From contig NZ_CBDCGN010000003.1 of assembly GCF_965216805.1 (NCBI RefSeq), forward strand, positions 953,841 through 1,017,840: a stretch of 64,000 nucleotides of DNA, written 5' to 3'. The notes under the pieces were generated by a model, which saw only the letters and a program-made list of their open reading frames with translations, was not told the origin of the DNA and searched no databases. Below, in pieces: positions 58,201 through 64,000 of this stretch. Position 1 is the stretch's first letter. The number at the start of each line of letters is the position of its first letter. This DNA comes from Panacagrimonas sp. GTDB lineage: Bacteria; Pseudomonadota; Gammaproteobacteria; Nevskiales; Nevskiaceae. Position numbers and translations under genes: made by a program.

Positions 58201-61200
58201 GTGGCGCCGTCGGAAGACGAGGACGCCCAACTGGCGGAAATCTTCACCTTCGAAGCGCTGGATCTGGTGCAGAAGTTCGAAACCGATCTTCACGCCTGGT
58301 CCAAGGCGCCGGCCTCGACCGGGTTTGCGCGCTCGCTCAAAGCCACCGTGCACACGCTAAAGGGCGCCGCCGGCATGGCGCACTGCGCGCCGATCGCCGC
58401 GGTGGCCCAGGCGCTCAATCTGCGCCTGGGTACCATGATCGATGGCCAGGCGCCGGGGCCGGCCTTCTTCACCGGCATGGCCGAAGTGGTCGAGGCGCTG
58501 TACAGCCAGCTCGACGCCTATCGCGACGGCAGTCTGGATGGCGACGGCACCGTGTGGGTCGACAAGGTGATGAACATCGACGGTTCGCCGCGTCTGGCGA
58601 CGCCGACCGCGCTGATCTTTCCGACGCCCGCGGCGCCCAAGCCGGAGACGGTCGATTTCGACAGCGCCGAGCACGACGCCGAACTGCGCGAAGTCTTTCT
58701 GCAGGAAGCCGAGGAGCTGGTACGCGAGCTGGAGAGCGACAGCGCAGCGGTCGGCGCCAAGCCGCAGGATCCGCAGCGGCTCGGCCCCTGGCTGCGCAAC
58801 CTGCACACGCTCAAGGGCAGCGCGCGCGTCGCCGGGGTGGAATCGATCGCCGAGCTGGCGCATCGCATCGAGTCGGCCACCGAGGCCGTCGCCGCCGGCA
58901 GCGATCCTGCCGCGGCGTTGCGCTTCCGCGAGCAGGCCCGTCTGGGTAGCGAAGGGCTGCGCGATCTGCTGGAGCTTGCGCGCGGCCGCGAGTCGGTGGA
59001 CGTCGCGGCGCTGATTGCGCGTTTCGATGCGCTGGGCGAAACCGCCATCCCGGACGCAACACTTCGCGAAACCGCCGAATCCGCATTCGAAGCCGGGACC
59101 CATGCAGGGGGTGTCGACGCGGAGGCGCCGCTGGACTGGACCCTGGAAGATTTCGCACCGGCGCAGGACAGCGCGACGGGCACTCTCCAGGAGCTGCCGC
59201 CGGATGCGCAACCGGACGCGGCGTCGCAGCCCGAGATGCAAGCGTCTGGCGCAGACGCTACCGACGACACCGGAGACGCAGCGGCCGAGCAGGTCGATCG
59301 CGAGCTGTTCGCCATCTTTGCGCCGGAGGCCGAAGAACTGCTGGAGTCGCTGCAGCAGGCTTTGCATGCCTGGCGCGAAATCCCCGGCGATGCCGATCCC
59401 AGCCGCGTCATGCAGCGCGACCTGCATACCTTCAAGGGCGGCGCGCGCATGGCCGGCCTGATGCAACTGGGCGATGCCGCGCACGAACTGGAAACGCATC
59501 TGGAGGCGCTGGAGCGCGACGGCGCGCACCTGCAGCTGGAGGCGGTGCAGTCGGTGAGCCTGCAGCTGGACCAACTGCACAAGCTCTACGACGAAGCCGT
59601 GCGCGACACCGGCCTGAGCCAGGCCGAGGTCGCGGCCGCGGTGGCGCCGCTGCCGTCGCAGGTGCCGGCCCCACCGCCGCCGGTGGACAGCCCGGTCGCT
59701 GCCGACGCCACGCGCGACGACGAACCGACCTTGGCCGCCTGGGACCCGCAGTTGTTCTGGAACCCGGGACGCGACGAGGCGGCCGCTGCCGAGGCGCGGC
59801 GCGAAGCCGTGCGCGTACCGGTGGAGCGCCTGGACGCCATGCTCAACCAGGCCGGCGAGATTTCCATCTTCCGCGCCCGTCTGGAAGAAAAGAACGCCGC
59901 ACTCACCACCTCGCTGGCGGAAATGGCGCAGACCATCACCCGCGTGCGCGAACAGTTGCGACTGATGGATATCGAGACCGAGGCGCAGATTGCCGCGCGC
60001 GGTTTCGCCCGCGGCCCCAGCGAGGCCGACGGTGCGGACGGTCATCGTTACGACGCCCAGTTCGATCCGCTGGAAATGGATCGCTACTCGCGCATGCAGG
60101 AACTGTCGCGCTCGCTGGCGGAATCGGTCAGCGACATGGGCTCGCTGTACGCCTCGCTCGACACTTCCGTGAGCGAAGCCGAAGTGCTGCTGCAGCAGCA
60201 GGGCCGCATCAACAACGATGTGCAGCAAGGCCTGATGGGCACCCTGATGGTGCCGTTCTCGCGCCAGGTGCAGCGTCTGGCGCGCGTGGTACGCCAGACC
60301 GCCGAGCAGAACGGCAAGCTGGCGCGTGCCGAGTTCGAGGGCGCCGACAGCGAACTCGACCGCAACGTGCTCGAGCGCATGACCGCGCCGCTGGAGCACC
60401 TGCTGCGCAACTGCGTGGTACACGGCATCGAAACCCCGGAGGCGCGCCGCGCCGCCGGCAAGGCCGACGAGGGAGTGGTCACCGTGACCTTGCGTCGCGA
60501 GGGCTCGCAGTTGTCGGTGGAAGTGCGCGACGACGGTCGCGGCCTGGATTTCGACGCCATCCGCGCCCAGGCCGTGCGCCGCGGCCTGATGCGCAGCGAC
60601 GCGCAGGTGTCCAACGAGGACCTGGCGCGCTTCGTGTTTGCCGCCGGGTTCTCCACCGCGCAGACCCTGACCCAGGACGCCGGCCGCGGCATCGGCATGG
60701 ATGTGGTGGCGTCGGAAGTCAAACAGCTCGGCGGCACCGTCGACATCGCCTCCGAAGCCGGCCGCGGCGTGCGCTTCATCGTGCGCCTGCCGCTGATGCT
60801 GGCGGTGTCGCAGGCGCTGGTGGTGCAGGTCGGCGAGGAACTGTTCGCGATTCCGCTGGGCTCGGTGGAAGGTATTTCACGCGTGCCGCGCGAAACCCTG
60901 CCCGCCATGCTCAAGGATGGCGGCGAGGCGCTGGCTTACGGTGACCGCGAGTACCAGTTGCGCCGGCTCGGCGATCTGGTCGGCCTGCCGGTGCCCGCGC
61001 GCATCGATGCGCGCAGCGTGCCGGCCATCCTCATGCGGGTGGGCGACGGCCTGGATGCCGCCGGCCGACGCGTGGCGGTGGTCGCCGATCGCCTGCTCGG
61101 CAATCGCGAAATCGTGACCAAGGCGGCGGGCCCGATCCTGGGTTCGGTGTCCGGCGTATCGGGTGCCACCATCCTGGCCGATGGCCGCGTGATGCTGATC

Positions 61201-61668
61201 GTGGACGTGCCGGCGCTGATCCAGGAATCCACCCGCCGGCGTCTGGGCAACGAGGCCGCGGTGGCTCCGGCGGCGGTGGAAGACGCGCGGCGCCTGATCA
61301 TGGTGGTGGACGATTCCATCACCATCCGCCGCGTCACCGAGCGCCTGCTCACACGCAAGGGCTATCGGGTGATCACCGCCAAGGACGGCCTGGATGCCAT
61401 GGCCATGCTGCAGACCGAAACCCCGGACGCCATGCTGCTGGACATCGAGATGCCGCGCGCCGATGGCTTCGAAGTGGCGGCGTTCGTGCGCAACACGGCG
61501 CGCATCAAGCGGTTGCCGATCATCATGATCACCTCGCGCTCCGGCGACAAACACCGCGAGCACGCGCGCAGCCTGGGCGTGGACCGTTACCTCATCAAGC
61601 CCTACCAGGAGGACCAGTTGATCGAAGAACTGCGCGTCCTGCTGGCCGCACAACCGGCAATGGCCTGA
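55285..61668 (+). CDS. chpA: ChpA/PilL hybrid CheA-like histidine kinase (multiple Hpt domains, HATPase, CheW, REC)
   Basis: Five H-T-[LF]-[KR]-G Hpt motifs, LEHLLRNCVVHGIE, DDGRG, GFSTA...GRGIGMDVV, a CheW domain and a C-terminal receiver (VDDS, DIEMP, KP). Confidence 0.93.
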   Translation: MNRNAHSLPSSIRGVSAGLHWVRKELDQNLQLASQLIQQHAEAPQGAAALHKAISHLQEVRGASVLIQAYGVALLAEEMKQTAQDLAAGRVHEPDPAYAAVVGACLQAGDYLDLLQQGQQDSALILQPIVNELRLSRGKSLLTEDDLFVAQFRVLGLVLPRRTPLRDEANLQAEAQRLSPVFSASLLSWFKEQDTAQALSRIGRICEVLADLSRERPMYQLWRTAAACVEALLSRTLDETLELKRQFGRAGQLLKIVGESGEAPALRQMSDVSMRLLFYAGRSAGAGPRVTELRQGLQLETWLPPVETVQACRARLRGANTGLLVRVAEELRADLAEVRDSIDIALRAGAGADELQATADRLKRVADTLLVLGLSAESQALAQPVETLHEAGDAGVSQTAAWMEFATAVLQVDLSLEGALYRQLQSSTAADDGTGKLAVADLRDGMSALYRESLVNLARIKTYIESYLKREDVFGLPEAARLLDEVAAGFRMLALDRAEELTLRVQQFLQSPGFTAVRSDTVVAARFADAIAAIEYYLEFRRDGSPAAADVLDQLDLLAQRLGQATEPAAEAASEPTADAAPEPTLADAAASDAASAADAGATADTDYAETLEELSILDYDAAARRSVAAEEPVLPPETPEFHLLGEPMPEPPAAEVVPTPEAQPQSASEPEPAIFEGALAEETDDALRSLSDAAHDIGTSPAEATVAIMASEPEVDPEIRDIFIEEASEVLQTLQRALPRWLRQPDERELLSTIRRSFHTLKGSGRMVGAQDIGEFSWALESLLNRCLDRTVELSAPVMDTVRDAVELLPAMVNAFSARQAQPAAAPRLAAQARQLAGSAVAGDNNEMIAVFRGDAQQRLQMVARWVKDQEGLAGEYSIPEPVVRAFHTLRGAALAVDARAVGELAGSLETYLEQLHRGRGTLSASGMALVAEACTVLDKWVARAGEPGATGVDARPWLERVEALRGGDGAVAPSEDEDAQLAEIFTFEALDLVQKFETDLHAWSKAPASTGFARSLKATVHTLKGAAGMAHCAPIAAVAQALNLRLGTMIDGQAPGPAFFTGMAEVVEALYSQLDAYRDGSLDGDGTVWVDKVMNIDGSPRLATPTALIFPTPAAPKPETVDFDSAEHDAELREVFLQEAEELVRELESDSAAVGAKPQDPQRLGPWLRNLHTLKGSARVAGVESIAELAHRIESATEAVAAGSDPAAALRFREQARLGSEGLRDLLELARGRESVDVAALIARFDALGETAIPDATLRETAESAFEAGTHAGGVDAEAPLDWTLEDFAPAQDSATGTLQELPPDAQPDAASQPEMQASGADATDDTGDAAAEQVDRELFAIFAPEAEELLESLQQALHAWREIPGDADPSRVMQRDLHTFKGGARMAGLMQLGDAAHELETHLEALERDGAHLQLEAVQSVSLQLDQLHKLYDEAVRDTGLSQAEVAAAVAPLPSQVPAPPPPVDSPVAADATRDDEPTLAAWDPQLFWNPGRDEAAAAEARREAVRVPVERLDAMLNQAGEISIFRARLEEKNAALTTSLAEMAQTITRVREQLRLMDIETEAQIAARGFARGPSEADGADGHRYDAQFDPLEMDRYSRMQELSRSLAESVSDMGSLYASLDTSVSEAEVLLQQQGRINNDVQQGLMGTLMVPFSRQVQRLARVVRQTAEQNGKLARAEFEGADSELDRNVLERMTAPLEHLLRNCVVHGIETPEARRAAGKADEGVVTVTLRREGSQLSVEVRDDGRGLDFDAIRAQAVRRGLMRSDAQVSNEDLARFVFAAGFSTAQTLTQDAGRGIGMDVVASEVKQLGGTVDIASEAGRGVRFIVRLPLMLAVSQALVVQVGEELFAIPLGSVEGISRVPRETLPAMLKDGGEALAYGDREYQLRRLGDLVGLPVPARIDARSVPAILMRVGDGLDAAGRRVAVVADRLLGNREIVTKAAGPILGSVSGVSGATILADGRVMLIVDVPALIQESTRRRLGNEAAVAPAAVEDARRLIMVVDDSITIRRVTERLLTRKGYRVITAKDGLDAMAMLQTETPDAMLLDIEMPRADGFEVAAFVRNTARIKRLPIIMITSRSGDKHREHARSLGVDRYLIKPYQEDQLIEELRVLLAAQPAMA

Positions 61669-61675
61669 CGCGCTC

Positions 61676-62131
61676 ATGGCAGACACCCTCTTCGCGGTAC
61701 TGATCCAGATCCAGGGCGACGCGCTGCTGCTGCCCAACGCTGCGGTGTCGGAAGTCACCGCCATGGATCGTTTCGAGAACGCCGAATCGCGTGCCCCGGG
61801 CTGGCTCGCCGGTTGGCACACCACCGCCGAACGCCGCATTCCGGTGCTGTCGTTCGAAAGCCTGTGCGGGCGTCCGCGGCCGGAAAACCAGAAGCGCCAG
61901 CGCGTGGTCATCGTCAACCCGGTCGGGCAGCGCGTGCACGGCGGCGCTTTTGCGTTGCTGGCGCAGGGCCATCCGCATCTGCTCACGCTCAAGCGCGAGG
62001 CGATTGCCGCCATCGACCTGCGGGTCAACGACCGCCACGAGATGATCCTGTCGCGCGTGCGCGTGGCCGGGCAGGAAGCGGTGATTCCCGATCTGGAACG
62101 CATCGAGACCGAACTGGCCGGCCTGGCCTGA
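61676..62131 (+). CDS. chpC: CheW-like protein ChpC
   Basis: [27 protein letters not shown] and IPDLERIE motifs, directly downstream of chpA. Confidence 0.8.
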   Translation: MADTLFAVLIQIQGDALLLPNAAVSEVTAMDRFENAESRAPGWLAGWHTTAERRIPVLSFESLCGRPRPENQKRQRVVIVNPVGQRVHGGAFALLAQGHPHLLTLKREAIAAIDLRVNDRHEMILSRVRVAGQEAVIPDLERIETELAGLA

Positions 62132-62244
62132 ACGGACCTCAGGCAGAGGCCGCCACGAGCGGCGCGATCCTCCCCCGAGTAATGCGGGTCAGCCCCCCTG
62201 AGACTACAATCCGGCGCCTTGGCCGTTACGTTTCAGGATTGAAC

Positions 62245-62568
62245 ATGACTTTTGTCGTCACCGAAAACTGCATCAAGTGCAAGTACACCGACTGCGTGGA
62301 GGTCTGCCCGGTCGATTGCTTTCACGAGGGCCCGAATTATCTGGTGATCGACCCCGAAGAGTGCATCGACTGCACCCTGTGCGAGCCCGAGTGCCCCGCC
62401 AACGCCATCGTCGCCGAGGACGATCTCAAGGCCGAAGACGCGCATTTCAAGGAACTCAACGCCGATCTGTCGAAGATCTGGCCGGTGATCACCGAGCGCC
62501 AGGACCCGCCGGCCGACGCCAAGGACTGGGACGGCAAGCCGGACAAGCTCAAGCTGCTGGAACGCTGA
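62245..62568 (+). CDS. fdxA: 7Fe-type ferredoxin (Azotobacter FdI-like)
   Basis: [26 protein letters not shown]...[12 protein letters not shown]...[13 protein letters not shown], 107 aa. Confidence 0.95.
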   Translation: MTFVVTENCIKCKYTDCVEVCPVDCFHEGPNYLVIDPEECIDCTLCEPECPANAIVAEDDLKAEDAHFKELNADLSKIWPVITERQDPPADAKDWDGKPDKLKLLER

Positions 62569-62578
62569 CGGCGGCGGG

Positions 62579-64000
62579 ATGATCGGCCCGCAAGAAGCCC
62601 CCGATCCGGACCGGCCCGCGACGCTGGTTCTTACCGCCACCGAGCGCCTCGCCCGCGAACTGCGCGAGGCCCACAACCTGCAGCGTGCCGACGCTGGCGC
62701 CAGGGTCTGGGAAGCGCCGCGGGTGCAGTCCTGGTCGCGCTGGCTGATCGACACCTGGACCGCAAGCTGGCCCGACGCCCAGCTCCTCAGCTCCACCCAG
62801 GAGCTGGTGCTGTGGCGCAGCGCCATCGAACGTGACGGCACCCATACCCTGCTGGCGCCGCTGTCCGCTGCACGCGAGGCGCGCCGCGCCGATCAGCTTC
62901 TGCGCCGTCACCGCATCGACCTAAACGCCTGGCCGGCCTGGCAGGACGAGCATCAGGCCTTTCGACGCTGGCGCGCGCAGGTCACCCGCCAGCTATCCGA
63001 ACACCACTGGCTGACCAGCGCCGACATCGCCGGGGAGGTCTGCGTGCTGATCGAAACCGGCGCCGTCGGCACGCTGCCGGTGCGCATCGAGCTGGCCGGC
63101 TTCATCGAGCCGCCCGGCGCGGCCGAACAGGCGGTACTGAACGCGCTGCGCGCACGCGGTGTGGACCTGCAAACACGCGCGCCGCCGGCTCCCGAGGTAC
63201 AAGTCCACCGCCACCGCCTGCCCGACGAGGCCGCGCAATGGCGCTGGGTGGCGCAGCTACTCCAGCTCGCCTTGCAGCCCTTCGTGCAAAGCGGCAAACG
63301 CCCGCCGCGTCTGCTGCTGGCACTGCCCGATCCGGACGCCGCCCGTGAACCGCTGGAAGCCGCGCTGCGCGATGCTCTGCTGCCCGCATCGGGCCTTGCC
63401 GACGATGCCACCGCGCTGCTGCCCTGGCGCTGGGCGCGCGGCCGACCGCTGGCCGAACAGCCGCTGGTGGACAGCCTGCTCGCCGCGCTGCAATTGCAGG
63501 CCGAGCGCAACGCCCCGGCGCTGGTCAGCCGCGTGCTGTTGTCCGGCGCGTTGTGGAGCGAGGCCCAGCGCGCAGAGACCGCTGCGGTGGACGCAAAGCT
63601 GCGCGACACCGGGCGTCCGCAGATTCCGCTGGAGCGCCTCACGCAACTGGGCCCACAGGACTTGCGCGAGCGCTTCGCCCGTCTGCTGGCATTGCTGCAA
63701 GCTGCCCCGTCGCGAGCCCTGCCCAGCGCCTGGTCGCACCACTTTTTGCAGCGCCTGAGCGCGCTCGGCTGGCCGGGGGTCGAGGCGCTGGATTCGCAGA
63801 GCTACCAGGCGGTGCGCGCCGCGCGCGGGCTGCTCGATCGCCTCGGCACCCTGGACGCCCAGCTCGGTCGCGTACCCGAAACCACCGCGCGCGAATGGCT
63901 GGGCGAACTGCTGCGCGCCACCGACTTCGAGCCGCGCGCCGATCACGAGCAACCCATCTTCATCACCCGCCTGGACGAGGCCGCCACCCTGCAGGCCGAC
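62579..64000 (+). CDS. AddB-like / TIGR03623-type probable DNA repair protein (3' end outside window)
   Basis: My translation from ATG 62579 begins ...LVLTATERLARELREAHN...VWEAPRVQSWSRWL...LLSSTQELVLW, matching this family's N-terminus. It is absent from the ORF track, which fits a frame that runs off the window end. Confidence 0.7.
   Translation, partial: MIGPQEAPDPDRPATLVLTATERLARELREAHNLQRADAGARVWEAPRVQSWSRWLIDTWTASWPDAQLLSSTQELVLWRSAIERDGTHTLLAPLSAAREARRADQLLRRHRIDLNAWPAWQDEHQAFRRWRAQVTRQLSEHHWLTSADIAGEVCVLIETGAVGTLPVRIELAGFIEPPGAAEQAVLNALRARGVDLQTRAPPAPEVQVHRHRLPDEAAQWRWVAQLLQLALQPFVQSGKRPPRLLLALPDPDAAREPLEAALRDALLPASGLADDATALLPWRWARGRPLAEQPLVDSLLAALQLQAERNAPALVSRVLLSGALWSEAQRAETAAVDAKLRDTGRPQIPLERLTQLGPQDLRERFARLLALLQAAPSRALPSAWSHHFLQRLSALGWPGVEALDSQSYQAVRAARGLLDRLGTLDAQLGRVPETTAREWLGELLRATDFEPRADHEQPIFITRLDEAATLQAD

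Noticed and set aside
55126-60423. Long minus-strand ORFs 55126..58353 and 58357..60423
   Set aside because: They are antisense to chpA, which has all expected kinase motifs.
1-64000. rRNA, tRNA, riboswitch, CRISPR array, restriction-modification or recognisable toxin-antitoxin genes
   Set aside because: None was recognised by eye. The intergenic gaps are short. A covariance-model scan would be needed to exclude small ncRNAs.

Overview
High-GC, mostly chromosomal backbone from a Gammaproteobacterium. A Nevskiales/Xanthomonadales-like placement is inferred from gene content only. Left to right: the end of an aromatic-catabolism cassette (Rieske oxygenases plus two tandem FAD monooxygenases); housekeeping and envelope genes (pip, MltD-like, patatin, typA, purT, mutM); a 1211-aa CSLREA/choice-of-anchor-Q beta-helix surface protein; an orphan GspE/PilB ATPase; acpH; an AmpG-like MFS; a carotenoid-cleavage-family oxygenase; pckA; a Pil-Chp chemosensory cluster split in two (pilH-pilJ and pilG-pilI-chpA-chpC); pyrC'-pyrB-ruvX-yqgE-gshB; gshA; fdxA; and a partial AddB-like gene. 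No rRNA, tRNA, CRISPR array, integrase or transposase was recognised. Best candidates for undescribed biology: (1) an 8.4-kb divergent module between gshA and gshB, in which an ADCY10-like cyclase-P-loop-TPR gene faces a coupled operon of a small Dyp-associated protein, a Dyp peroxidase and an alpha/beta-hydrolase-P450 fusion with a non-canonical I-helix; (2) the large surface protein, which has an internal hydrophobic hairpin, lipobox and collagen stalk near its C-terminus; (3) YqgE/AlgH with an EF-Ts-like UBA domain fused at its N-terminus. All family calls come from motifs read by eye; no database search was run.
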